Origin: Paraphysomonas bandaiensis
Lineage: Eukaryota > Protista > Chrysophyceae
Length of the DNA: 64,000 bases
Assembly: GCA_965644295.1 (NCBI GenBank)
Contig: CBFFRP010000168.1
Span: 1 to 64,000, forward strand
Direction: 5' to 3'
Position numbers and translations under genes: made by a program. Position 1 is the first letter of the stretch, and the number at the start of each line of letters is the position of its first letter. The notes beneath the pieces are model-generated. The model searched no databases, had not been told where the DNA came from, and saw only the letters and a program-made list of their open reading frames with translations. Positions 24,090 through 36,496 of the stretch are shown here, in pieces.

Positions 24090-26153
24090 CTATACGTTGT
24101 TCGGACTTAGTTGTTGACGGAATGTGGCTTCAATCACAGTGTCTGCGAAATCGACAGGGTTATCTAAATGAAGCAAATGCCCAGCCTATGAAGACATGAA
24201 ACATTACACAGACAAAGTATACCTGTACCTGTGGTATATTATACAATTCTGCATCGATCCCCTCCAGCTGCAAAGCACTCACAAGTTCTTTACCGTGTTC
24301 TATACTAGCATGCTCGTACGCTTCACAGCCGTAGAGTATGCTTACTTTACAAGAAGAATCCAAACCGGTCCGAAAGGTGCCGTATTTAGCCGACCTCGAA
24401 GATGAAGATCCCACCCAAGTAATGAGGGGTCGCTTTGCCACACCAGACGACGTCATAAAAATATGAAGACATCTGCAATAAATATCAGAAAATACACGTC
24501 ATCACGGAATGGTCATGAACCATTGGTATATATAGGCGAATAATTACATTTACATTGGAAAATATACAGAACAATATATGCATATCTCGACACGTAAGCA
24601 AAGAGTCAACCTCTCCGCGTGGGCTGGGGCTGCTAAGTTTTGGTAACATAACTCGGCGAAGAGTTTTTCCTGTATGGGGTCATTATGGAGAGAATGTGAA
24701 AAGGGGTGTACTCTCGTCTTGCGCCAGCGTAGCACTATAGCCAATGCTGTTGGGCCTAATTCAACATACACGATTATAACCGCAATATATGAGATCTATA
24801 CTTAAGGTATGACAGCACAAAGCAATAATGTATATATTAGACTGAACAAGTTAAGAGTTGTTCTCACCCAATGGTCCGAGCCATCTAAGCACATCCATAG
24901 GAGTCCATCCAGTGTCCCAAAAAAACCTAGCGATCGCATCTTCACAGTCTCCTCCCTCCACCCGTGATAACACCCCGACGCCTATAGGAGAAGCCAGAAC
25001 AAGATGGTCAACGACGCCACTGTGCTCCATGGCATAAGCACAGGCCACGTGGGCACCAAGTGAATGAGCAACGAGTGTAAATCTCTTTAGCTTCATTTTC
25101 ACTCTCCATTTTTCCAGAGCAGAGCAGAATAAAGACAGATTTTGGTCAATTGTCCGGGGCTCCCAGCGTTTCCCCCAACCAGAAGCACTGCGCCCAAAAC
25201 CATACAGCTCAACGCAATACACCTTGAATCTATCGGAGGTAAAGGCACGTACAATTAACATCTTTCAGTATCACTCAATATGGGATATGTGTATACAATT
25301 AATGTTAATCAGTAATACAGTATACATACGCTGAAATACGTATGACTACAACCACACGATATGTATATAAGAGTGTATATATATATGTGTGTATATGTGT
25401 ATATATATAACACTCTTACCTTCTTTGAAGGAGTGATAAACAGTCAGCCCACAATGCATTAGCTCCCGCATACCCATGCAATAACACTAACACTGGTTTA
25501 CTATCAATACACTCCTCTACACATCTATTCATATCATATGAATTATCATCCAATTCATCTAATCTCCATTCCCTCTCAGAGATCTCATCATTCACATCCT
25601 CAGCTTCTATAAACTCATCCATTACTTCAATAGTCCCTAATTCTGATACTATCAAATGCACTACTTTACGATTACATTTGGATTGAATATATGCTTTTTC
25701 AGTTTCTAAAAATGCAGTATTTGAAACAGGTAACCATAACCGTAATACCACACATGATACATTAAAACCTGAGAATAATAAGAGTATACATACAATGCGT
25801 GTATATATTAGTGTATCTGGACGTGTATATATGATTACTACAATATAAATTTCTATTATAAGTATCAATATAAAAAATACATACTTAAATATACGTGTAA
25901 ATTGCCTATAATGAAATGCTAAACCATATAATGGTAATAATAAGACATATTCAAGTACTAAAAATCCACTTTTTTTATATAATTGTGAAAAAGCGAATAA
26001 AAAAGTGACTATGAAAAATGTTGTAGAGGCACTGATGGTTGGTGAGACAGTGAATAGCCAGCCAAGTAGACTCCATAGGAGTATAAATGGTAATAGTATG
26101 ATCCCTATCAATATATATCCACAGAATATTGCAATATTAATTGCACGTGTCAT
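24090..26153 (-). CDS. Alpha/beta hydrolase, ABHD4/ABHD5(CGI-58)-like, with N-terminal transmembrane region; spliced
   Basis: LVLLHGYAG, LYGFGRS, LVAHSLG nucleophile elbow, LVLASPIG, last exon AGHLLHLDNP, TAG at 24090-24092. Confidence 0.85.
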
Positions 26154-26563
26154 TGAAATAGATCAATAGAGTCTTTGCATTATGTAAATGAGGAACTATT
26201 GGTGTGAATAGAATGAGGAGATATTGAGGAATGGTTTGGACTTAAATATGCAACCTTGCAACACACTCACAAATACACTCTACAGTGATTTCCATATATT
26301 ATATTCTACGAGGATTTTCATATATTACCATCTAACTTTATGCAAAATACGGGGTTTTCCTCATTTTTTACACCTTTTTCTTAAAATCTGAGAATTACTT
26401 CATGAAAACTTGTAAATCCCAGATTTTAGAGTAGTGTTGTGATAGTTTTTAGCATAGCAGTGATGTCGTAAGTTTAGCCTGCATGTGTATATATTACATT
26501 AAACAGTTACTGTGTGCAATTCTATTCACCATATCACCCCTATAACACCATTCTCACACCAAT

Positions 26564-27452
26564 ATGAACCCAAACAACTCTGAAGTCAATCCTCTGGGTA
26601 CAATGATATCTGAAATGGGTAAACATGGAGCTAATGTAGAGCTTAAGAAGCGTATGCCAGACGGTACATATCAAACCGCTACTAGAGAGACAATGGATGC
26701 TTTAGGCGCTCAAGCACGTATTGCATCTACTGCTGAAGCGATTCAAGGAATGACAAAAGCTGAAAAAACAGAATGGGCGATTAATATGAAGGATCAAGCG
26801 AATAAGTTGTATGCTGATAAGAATTATGCCGAAGCTGTTGGCATATATATGCAAGTAAGTAAACCATATGTGTGAGTAGAATGTAACCATGAGCTTAGGC
26901 TTTGACTGCGACAGACTTTGGAGTGGGGGAAGATAAGGCTGATGGAAATGTAGATGAAGTAGTTGTACCTGTGTTATGCAACCTAGCCGCTTGTTGCATT
27001 CAATTGAAGGTTTACTGCTGATGATGTTTATATCATATATGACTCTTCTACAGGAGTGGGGTAAAGTTTTACGCTTTTGTGAGCAATGTCTGAATCTTCG
27101 CCCTGATTGCGTCAAAGCTATTACCCGCCGTGGAATTGCCTATGTACATGTCGGAGAGTTTAACAAAGCTCTCAAGGACCTAAATCGTAGCTTAACAATG
27201 GTTGATAACGAAGCAGAGAAAGGTCGCATTAAGATATACATAGGAAAAGCAGAAAAAGGTCTTCAGGAGCAGGAAAAATCGTTACAACGTAGAAAGAAAG
27301 CAATGCAGTCAGCTTTTGCACCGCAACCGCAAGAAACATTTGCCGGAAAAAGCAAAAGTAGTGGTATGAATTTTAGGAATGTAAATTTATATTATGCTTT
27401 AGCTGTTGTGTTAGTTGCGGTTGCTGTGTATGTTTTTACGGTTAAGTATTAA
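26564..27452 (+). CDS. TPR protein with C-terminal tail anchor (FKBP8/38-like TPR module), spliced
   Basis: KDQANKLYADKNYAEAV, CNLAAC, CVKAITRRGIAY TPR motifs; hydrophobic C-terminus YYALAVVLVAVAVYVF. Confidence 0.8.
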
Positions 27453-28816
27453 GTGATATATTTTCAATGTGCCCTATACTTCAGATTTCTGTGAGGCATG
27501 ACAATGATTATATTTCAAATTGCATCTGGATTAGTGAGACAAGGTGGTATACAGATAGAGTTTGATGGACTGACATACTGCACTCTAATAGTATATGCAT
27601 AGCTACATAAAATAGAGCATATGTGTATATACAAATAGGTCAGATTTAATATATCGAGCGGTGAAGGTAACAAACTGTAGCTAACTACCTCACCATATCA
27701 CACGCTTACATCGTATGAAGTCATTATTTTGAAATTACTGCTTCTTGCCAGTAGCTGAGAATTATGATATTGTAGGTTACTACTGACGTATTATGCCCCT
27801 CTGAATAGATTCCGTGCTATAAACTTGTTGAATGTCCTCAATGCTCTTGCAATTAGGGAAGGAGCGTAATATTATTAGAAGTTATACTCCACATGCATTA
27901 AAAGAATAAGACTACTTCTTTGCTGTGTTAGGACAATACTGTTGCATCCTAATCTGAAGACAACTATATCGTAATGTATCAATATATAGAACATAGAACC
28001 ATATCGCTGATGCCGACAATATATTATGAACTGGTTGTATCGAAATAGTCTACCTGTAACTAGTTGATGATTAGTTAAAAGGAGCAATAAATATGTGGTT
28101 AAGCGTCATATACACGACCAGTATATGGTTTAATACTTTCGGACGGCTCTATAACACGTTCCTCTATTAGTAAGTGGGCTGTAGGCGATTAGAAGTGGCG
28201 AACTAATCGAGTTATGCTAATTTTCTCCTGATGTTACTGATATCACTGAATATAACCGAATGATATTGTTGGTTGGTGAATAATATGCATTGATGCAACT
28301 ATGCATGGTGTGTTGAAGATACTCTGAATCCTTCCATATACTGTAGCAGGAGTGTGTGCACAGCAGTTGTGTACCTTAAAACCAGGAATTTTAGGGTAAA
28401 AAAATGAGAGTGTGAGGGGAAAAAACAGGGCTATTTAGGCCAGACACACGATTATATATACAGCAGCACTCTCCAGTACGAAGTATAAGGTCCATATATG
28501 GGTATATATGGGTGTAATCGACATTGACAGAATACATCCTCCTACTGTACTGTATTCCTGCTCGATCTGAAGAAATATCCTCTATGTAGACCAGATATAC
28601 GGACATTTTCAGGAACATCTCCCAGTATGTGCACTGTAGGTGTGTATCCCCCTCCCATCTACAGGTCCATCTTACGTAGATTTCCATATGAAACACATCT
28701 TCCATAGCAAACCCCCGCATATATATATACATATATGTCTCTCTGCTTCATAAACATACTATAAAATCAATTAAATAGTACTCATATCCATTCTTTCATA
28801 TCCCTTTTATATTCCA

Positions 28817-30784
28817 ATGGAAAATGATGAAGGTGCCACTGTGTTTAATGGTATAGGGGACTCTGTAGATGTATCTGGTGATATGTCATACCCTCCTAGT
28901 CAAATCTATTACTGTGGACGTGATATGAATCAATGTAGATGTGGTGGATGTGATGGACAATGTGGACCAGAAAATGGATGCCCATGTAATTCATGTAAAG
29001 CATTTTTCTTAAAGACTATTAATCAACATGTGTTTAATACGGGCATGTGTTATATATGTACAAAGTGTTCATATTGCACTGAATATGGTAGAAATTGTGT
29101 AAAATGTGAAGCAGGACCACGTGTTAATGATAGAGGGAAATTATGTGGATGTGGTATGGGTAAAGCTGGATGTACGAAGTGTGGGATATGTGAAAGGTGT
29201 AGTAAAGAGCAGAGTATATGTCCTGGTGCCAGTGATGGCTCACGTTCCTCTGGTCATGAGTATTCTCGAGGTCAGTGCAATATATGTACCAAGTGCAGTA
29301 ATTGTACGGGCTATGGGGCTACATGTGTTGCATGTCGAAATACTGATCGCAGTGCAGACCGAGGAAAGCCTTGTGGCTGTGGTGGAGGTGACGCGGGGTG
29401 CAGACGATGCGGGATGTGCAAAAAATGTGGTGACTCCAATGATTGCTCTGGTATTATTCCTGATTCATCTGTCCCATCGCAAGCAGCACTACCGCCACCA
29501 CCAACTGAAAACAATCCACATGACTTTCAAGATAACTATTGCATGATTTGCACGAAGTGCGCCACATGCACTGGTTTCGGAGCGACGTGCGTAAAATGTG
29601 AAGGAATAGATCGCTCCTCTGATAAAGGAATGAGGTGTGGCTGTGGGACCGGTAGCAGTGGCTGCTCACGATGTGGTATATGCAAATCCTGTGGTAAAAC
29701 TGACAAAGTATGTCGTGGGACAACAACTACAACGCTGCCACGGTTTCTTCCAACTATCAGTCGCCATGACTATTACATGGATGAGTGTCGGATATGCGTG
29801 AAGTGCTCGGCCTGCACTGGGTACGGATCTACCTGTTGTGAGTGTGTAGGCAAAGATCGAAGTCGTGACAAGGGCAAGGTATGTGGGTGTGGCAAGGGCA
29901 AGAGTGGATGTCGTCATTGCGGAATATGTGAGGCTTGTGGTGGTAGTGGAGCCTGTTCGGGTGGTGTTACTGCCTCTCCTGTAGAACCGTCTCCAGTGCA
30001 CACGAAGCATGACTATTACATGGATGAGTGTCGGATATGCGTGAAGTGCTCGGCCTGCACTGGGTACGGATCTACCTGTTGTGAGTGTGTAGGCAAAGAT
30101 CGAAGTCGTGACAAGGGCAAGGTATGTGGGTGTGGCAAGGGCAAGAGTGGATGTCGTCATTGCGGAATATGTGAGGCTTGTGGTGGTAGTGGAGCCTGTT
30201 CGGGTGGTGTTACTGCCTCTCCTGTAGAACCGTCTCCAGTGCACACGAAGCATGACTATTACATGGATGAGTGTCGGATATGCGTGAAGTGCTCGGCCTG
30301 CACTGGGTACGGATCTACCTGTTGTGAGTGTGTAGGCAAAGATCGAAGTCGTGACAAGGGCAAGGTATGTGGGTGTGGCAAGGGCAAGAGTGGATGTCGT
30401 CATTGCGGAATATGTGAGGCTTGTGGTGGTAGTGGAGCCTGTTCGGGTGGTGTTACTGCCTCTCCTGTAGAACCGTCTGCAGCGCATCGAGGCCAGAATA
30501 TTAGTAGCGACGCATCCTTAAAGCAGAAGAGTGAATCTATAGCTGCTAAGGTAACACCCTCGGGGGATAGTAAGCAGTCAGTGTCATCGGGATATAGTAG
30601 ACAGGAAGTTGATTCTGAGTGTTGTATTTGCTTTGACAAGCCCAGAAATGCTACTATTGTTCATGGAGAAACGGGTCATATTTGCTGTTGCTATGATTGT
30701 GCGAAGGATTTGGAACGTAGTGGCGGAACGTGCCCTCTATGTCGACAGAGGATAACGCTTGTTGTGAAAAACTTTACAGCGTAA
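28817..30784 (+). CDS. Cys-rich repeat protein with C-terminal RING finger (putative E3 ubiquitin ligase)
   Basis: RING CCICFDKPRNATIVHGETGHICCCYDCA..CPLCR (MDM2/C3HC4_3 type); six 13-Cys repeats; N-terminal YYCGR..CDGQCGP Cys motif. Confidence 0.88.
   Translation: MENDEGATVFNGIGDSVDVSGDMSYPPSQIYYCGRDMNQCRCGGCDGQCGPENGCPCNSCKAFFLKTINQHVFNTGMCYICTKCSYCTEYGRNCVKCEAGPRVNDRGKLCGCGMGKAGCTKCGICERCSKEQSICPGASDGSRSSGHEYSRGQCNICTKCSNCTGYGATCVACRNTDRSADRGKPCGCGGGDAGCRRCGMCKKCGDSNDCSGIIPDSSVPSQAALPPPPTENNPHDFQDNYCMICTKCATCTGFGATCVKCEGIDRSSDKGMRCGCGTGSSGCSRCGICKSCGKTDKVCRGTTTTTLPRFLPTISRHDYYMDECRICVKCSACTGYGSTCCECVGKDRSRDKGKVCGCGKGKSGCRHCGICEACGGSGACSGGVTASPVEPSPVHTKHDYYMDECRICVKCSACTGYGSTCCECVGKDRSRDKGKVCGCGKGKSGCRHCGICEACGGSGACSGGVTASPVEPSPVHTKHDYYMDECRICVKCSACTGYGSTCCECVGKDRSRDKGKVCGCGKGKSGCRHCGICEACGGSGACSGGVTASPVEPSAAHRGQNISSDASLKQKSESIAAKVTPSGDSKQSVSSGYSRQEVDSECCICFDKPRNATIVHGETGHICCCYDCAKDLERSGGTCPLCRQRITLVVKNFTA
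29765..30478 (+). repeat. 243-bp coding tandem repeat x3 (apparently identical)
   Basis: Units start at 29765, 30008 and 30251. Confidence 0.95.
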
Positions 30785-31170
30785 TGATTAATGGATTATT
30801 TGATAGCGTCTTAGGAAATCAAACTTTTATAGTTTGTCTAGATGTCATTAATAAAAATGTAATTATCGTTCAGGAATAGTTGTGTGATAAGTAGTAAGTA
30901 GTACTTATTGAGATTCTGAAATTGGAAAATCACTATATCGACGTTGTCACTACTACCAACCTATATTTTAGACGACCCTATACAGTTAATATATATTAGT
31001 TTCACTTACGTACGTCATAGCATTTCAATATATTCATTCTTATAGTTCTGTTGTGGACTACTATATTCTTAAAGTACCGGTTATAATTATAAACCTAAAT
31101 AACGGTTATAAACTAATCTTTGTGGCTGAATCCTTTATTGCACTATGAACCCAGAATCATTTATAACTTG

Positions 31171-31647
31171 TAACTGGAGACCCTCAATAAAGTCGAACTC
31201 GCACCTTTCCGTGGTGTTCAGGATAAGTACCGGAGATATTTATCCGGGACACTAACGTGAGCCACATATATAGCCAGCAGATAATTTTCTGCCCAATGCT
31301 GGTGTGGCACAACGGACACTGATAAGAGTCAATTGTGTAGATATTTTTGGGTCCTGACAAATAAGTAGGCATCCGGGAATGGGTCCACCTCAAAGGCACC
31401 CGGGGTATTGGGCTGCCTGCTGAAGTCAAGCATCCGGGCTGTTCACCTTGATGACTCTAAAATTCACCTGAAGTCAGCGATGTCAGGTATATCAACATTC
31501 TGCTTGCTCACTGCGTTAGCTTTGAGTGATAGAGCAAAAGTCATTCAACCATGGTGCTTGCGGTGACACAAAAGCAGCTTTAAATAGTAGGATATCAGAG
31601 TTAAGCATTGACTCTTAAACGCCTACTACTAACTGGAGACCTTCAAT
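31171..31647. repeat. Dispersed repeat fragment bounded by 18-bp direct repeats
   Basis: TAACTGGAGACCYTCAAT at 31171 and 31630; 31174-31261 is similar to 51241-51338; 31404-31425 is similar to 62149-62170. Confidence 0.55.
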
Positions 31648-31958
31648 TATATGTCTTACCAGTAATGCTATAAAACAGAAATCAGAAAACAAATCAATAT
31701 ATATATATATATATAAAGTACAATATATATTCTGTTAGCTATCAACAAACATTGAATGCATCCTAGAAACATTGAAGATTCTGGATAGTTTGCCGAAAGA
31801 CTATATATGTGATATAGAAGTGCTTGTGTATACGCTTTCCTAATTTGCATCTGCTGATATTTAACATAATATCAAATTACTAATTAACTCTGCCAATTTT
31901 AAATCTATCGGAAACCTATAATGTCTACAGACGAATCTTTTCGTCGAAAATGCTTCCA

Positions 31959-32395
31959 TTACTGAGACCTTAGAACATTCTTGAGTGCCATTGAAATTAA
32001 CTTATGCTTCGCTCTGATAGTAACACGGAATCGATTACCAGATACATCTGCTTCGAGTCTCATCATGACACCAATTGCAATGTTTCCCTCTCCGGCAGGA
32101 GAAGGTGTACCAGTGCGGAACGATGCATATCCAGTTACAGTAAGTTCCGTGTCGAGACCAGTGGCGAGGCCCAAATGCAATTCGGGTGCGTACACTGACC
32201 GAATTTCCTGAATCAACTGTTGATTGGCCGGCGCAGCCGACGTAAATACCTCTTATACTTCCCAGTCGTCTCCCTCGAGAGCTTTCCAACGCGGCATGAA
32301 GTTGCCTTTATCCAGGACGAGTTAAAGAAAGACACCGCGGTGATAGGCATACTAAGGAACACGCTACTGCTAGTGGCTTCAGTAAATGATACCAT
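31959..32395 (-). pseudogene. AP-2 alpha-adaptin C-terminal (appendage platform) pseudogene fragment
   Basis: MPITAVSFF/..VLDKGNFMPRWKALEG..EV*EVF..IGVMMRLEAD..FRVTIRA, with one frameshift and an in-frame TAA at 32253-32255. Confidence 0.65.
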
Positions 32396-33074
32396 GAGCT
32401 CTGAGATAGAGACACAGTTAGATCCATGTCTCCAATATGTTAGCTATAGCACATACAGCTCAACTAGTTCTCTAATATTATCATCTGGTTTGTATAGTAT
32501 GCTATAGCCATGTACTCTATATGAGGATCTCCATATGATCAAACTCCACCTCATACGACTATACATACATACATACATATTGATAAGAAGTTCGTAATGA
32601 AGAAGAAGTGAATTTTCGAGGAATATTCGTTAATTTATTCATTATTGGTAAGGGGGTAGAGCTAACGTATCGGCAGTCAGCATCTTATGTTTTCGGAACT
32701 AAATTGAAGCAAGAATCCTCTATATAACTGCAATACAAGTACGGCTGGAATACAGATAATTGTTGTCTCAATATTTGAGGCATTTTGGAACAAAAATATA
32801 CAAAGTGTGCCGACACGAACAAAGATACACGATATGCATACATACAATATTTTTTTTCACCCTTGGATCGATATTTTTCAGTTTACAAATTTTTATCCGT
32901 TTACGGCTATATACTTCATCAGAATTCTCGAACCACGGCGGGCATTCACATCAGAATATCTTCAATAGACAAGAAGACTTCAGTTCTGTGGACACTACAC
33001 AGTGATATATATATGTATGTATAGGTTCATTATATATATATTAATAGAATTATATCAATTGAAAGAATATAATA

Positions 33075-35141
33075 ATGCTCTGCACACTACGACGTACTCG
33101 GACACTTTCTGCTAACACATCCAAGCTACTAGGATGTCGTTTATTGGCCTCTGATACCAAACCACCAACATCTACATCACATAAAAAGATGGAAACAGAT
33201 GCTCGATATAAACCCGTCAATGAAATACCAGAGTCTCTAAGAGATCCGAAGATGTCAGGTGTTATTCATTCTCCTGGATTTTCTATTAAAGGACAGGCTA
33301 AAGAGGGTCGTCCAGCATATCTTGATTTTCAGGCTACAACACCAATGGATCCCAGAGTACTTGACTCAATGCTACCTTATATGACGGGAAAGTATGATGA
33401 TATATATATATAGTGGCATTATTATTCACTATGGTTTAGATATGGAAATCCTCATTCAAGGACACATTCGTATGGATGGGAAACTGAACAGGCTGTTGAT
33501 GCAGCTCGTGAGGTACTGATATTCATTGTCATTTTCATGGATTAATGTATTGACAATACAGGAAATTGCTAAACTTATTGGCGCATCTGGAAAAGAAATC
33601 ATTTATACATCTGGAGCGACTGAGTCGAATAATATGGCTATTAAAGGAGTAGCTCGTTTCTATGGTGACGGCAGCGGCAAGAAGAACCATATCATTACCA
33701 CCCAAACGGAGCACAAATGTGTGTTAGATTCCTGCAGAGCAATGGAGGCCGAGGGATTTAAGGTGAAATCATAGTGAAAACACTGTTTTCGTGGTTAACA
33801 TGTCCGCGATATGTATTATGTTGACAGTGTGGTATAATGCCCCTCTCTTATTAATTCCATATTTGCAGGTCACCTACCTTCCTGTGCAGCAGAATGGTCT
33901 GATTGATATCGATGAGCTCAAAGCGGCTATCAGACCAGGAGAAACTATTCTTGTATCGGTGATGGGTGTAAACAATGAGATTGGGGTTGTTCAACCTCTC
34001 AAGGAGATTGGCAAGGTATGTGCATTTGTACAACCTTGTCTGTGCGTATCTGTATAGTACAGCTTTGGTCAGCATATAAAGTTTCTTCTCCCAATAACAT
34101 GTAAATTTACTCAGATTTGCCGTGAAAACAAAGTTTTTTTCCATTCTGATATCGCCCAGATGATTGGTAAGATGGAATTAGATGTCAATGATCTTAACAT
34201 TGATCTCGCATCGATATCATCTCATAAGGTAGGTTGCTATCGGCTTTTCACTGCTGTGATACCCTGTGAATATTGCTGTGGGTATATATGGATTTAGGGC
34301 GGCTATAGATGGTTAAGATAGTTGCTGAATATGTAGTACATATTTCGAAATTAACTTGATGTGACCGCTAGATCTACGGTCCCAAGGGTATCGGTGCTAT
34401 ATACATCCGCCGCAGACCTCGTGTGCGCATGGAGCCCATTATATCTGGCGGAGGACAGGAACGTGGCCTCCGAAGTGGAACCCTCTCCCCAGCCCTTTGT
34501 GTCGGACTTGGCACTGCAGCCAGGGTATGTAGAGAAGAGCTATCGAGGGACACTCAATGGGTCACGTATTTGTCAGATAAACTCAAAAAGTAGGAATTCA
34601 TTAGACACATATATGGAACTTGTGCTGATGGAATCCATGTTGTATGCAGAGGGATCGAAGAGAAGATACCTATGTCGATTTTGAATGGGGACCCCAAGAG
34701 CAGGTATCCTGGGAATGTTAACTACAGCTTCGCCTATGTTGAGGGTGAATCTCTTCTAATGGTACGTCGAATCCCTGTACATCCGTTGTCGCATCCTCTG
34801 AATATGTGTGCGTACAGTCATTGAAAAACCTAGCGGTTTCCTCGGGGTCAGCTTGCACATCTGCCTCACTTGAACCATCATATGTTCTTCGTGCGATCGG
34901 AGTGGATGATGAGATTGCCCACTCATCGATTCGTTTTGGCATTGGTATGATGCGTGTATATGTGCCAGCATTCGAACTCACTCTGTTTGTAGGTCGATTC
35001 ACAACGGAAGAAGAAATCGACTTTGCTCTTGACCTTCTAGAGAAGCATGTTACCAGGCTTCGCGAAATGTCACCCCTTTGGGAAATGGTACAGGAAGGAA
35101 TCGATCTCAAGTCAATCAAGTGGAGCCAAGATGCGCATTAG
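33075..35141 (+). CDS. NFS1: Mitochondrial cysteine desulfurase, multi-exon
   Basis: [40 protein letters not shown] (PLP Lys), [35 protein letters not shown]; N-terminal transit-like peptide. Confidence 0.97.
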
Positions 35142-35671
35142 AGAAGATGGTATCCCGCCTTGTTAGTTCATTCTTATTGATAAGTATCGCCAGTATCACT
35201 GGATTCTCAACAGGACGATATATCACATAGTTTCAATAAATGTATAATAATAAGCTCTATTCTGATCTATTGTACTGATATTTGAAGTGTCCTTCCTGTG
35301 TTCGTGGTTTGCACGTTGGTTAGTCCTAATTTATCCGCATCAGATTATTAAACGTTCTCTCTATAAAAAGATATGCTAATTAACATAATCACTGAGCTCT
35401 CTTATAAAAATAGGAATACAAAATATATTCCTGACTTGTTAAGTATGTCCTGACTCATACGTACAATGTAGTACGCTATGTTCTATGTTCGGTGCTCACA
35501 AAGGGCTAACATTCTTGCTTGAGAACAATAAGAGCTACTGTCAAGAACAATGAACTCTAGTATTATTACGGGCCTATTGGCTATATTTCAGTCACTATAT
35601 GCCCAAAGTACAATGCTCCCTATATGTATTGATTACTACTAATTACTATATACCATTGAAATGAAGATTGA

Positions 35672-36133
35672 CTACTTATCGGCCGAATTAGTGGGTTTCG
35701 ATTTCACTGAGGGGCATTTAATTTTTGACGCTGCACTACGAGGCATAAATCTCGAAATAATCTTCCGTGCCATATTTGCAAAGAATATATGGCGACCACT
35801 TAATGTTCCTATCGTTATCAAAATACAGGCGTATATGGGCGATATTATCAGTACACAAGCCGCACGATAAGAATTCGGTCCATCTATTAGAGTCCCTTCA
35901 ATACCCAATACATCCTTTAATGCAGGACGAACAAATGCAACACTAGATGAGCCAGTAATACCAAATACAGTAAATATTACAGCTGCTTCAGTGTAACTCT
36001 CTTTCCAAGATGGACGCTCCTGACATGTCCACTTCCAGAACCTTTGGAATGGATTGAGATTAGTGTTCGTGCCATTGGAACACCATCGGCGTATGGTATT
36101 AGGTGTGGAGCGAATAGCTGCACGGGTAAACAT
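35672..36133 (-). CDS. Small membrane protein (DUF6787-like), probable mitochondrial presequence
   Basis: VFGITGSSS, SPIYACILITIGTLSGRHIFF; Arg-rich N-terminus. Confidence 0.7.
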   Translation of the reverse strand: MFTRAAIRSTPNTIRRWCSNGTNTNLNPFQRFWKWTCQERPSWKESYTEAAVIFTVFGITGSSSVAFVRPALKDVLGIEGTLIDGPNSYRAACVLIISPIYACILITIGTLSGRHIFFANMARKIISRFMPRSAASKIKCPSVKSKPTNSADK

Positions 36134-36160
36134 CTTTGCAGTTAATTATGATGACTGGAC

Positions 36161-36409
36161 ATGTATGTATGTATGTATGTATGTATGTATGTATGTATGT
36201 ATGTATGTATGTATGTATGTATGTATGTATGTATGTATGTATGTATGTATGTATGTATGTATGTATGTATGTATGTCTGTATGCATGTATGTATGTATGT
36301 ATGTATGTATGTATGTATGTATGTATGTATGTATGTATGTATGTATGTATGTATGTATGTATGTATGTATGTATGTATGTATGTATGTATGTATGTATGT
36401 ATGTATGTA
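36161..36409. repeat. (TATG)n microsatellite
   Basis: Near-pure tract. Confidence 0.98.
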
Positions 36410-36496
36410 CATATGTATTAAAGGTATGGTCGGAATGTACATGTGCATATATATTTAAGAGATGTTATTCCACCCTATCTAACACCAATCCCTCTC

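Noticed and set aside
29666-30487. 273-aa minus-strand repetitive ORF
   Set aside because: Antisense shadow of the 243-bp coding repeat
31185-31480. Possible tRNA or hammerhead/twister ribozyme
   Set aside because: A B-box-like GAGTTCGACT is present, but there is no cloverleaf and no complete CUGAnGA/GAAA core with stems
32253-32255. In-frame TAA as evidence of stop-codon reassignment
   Set aside because: The fragment is also frameshifted, and intact genes here end in TAA, TAG and TGA
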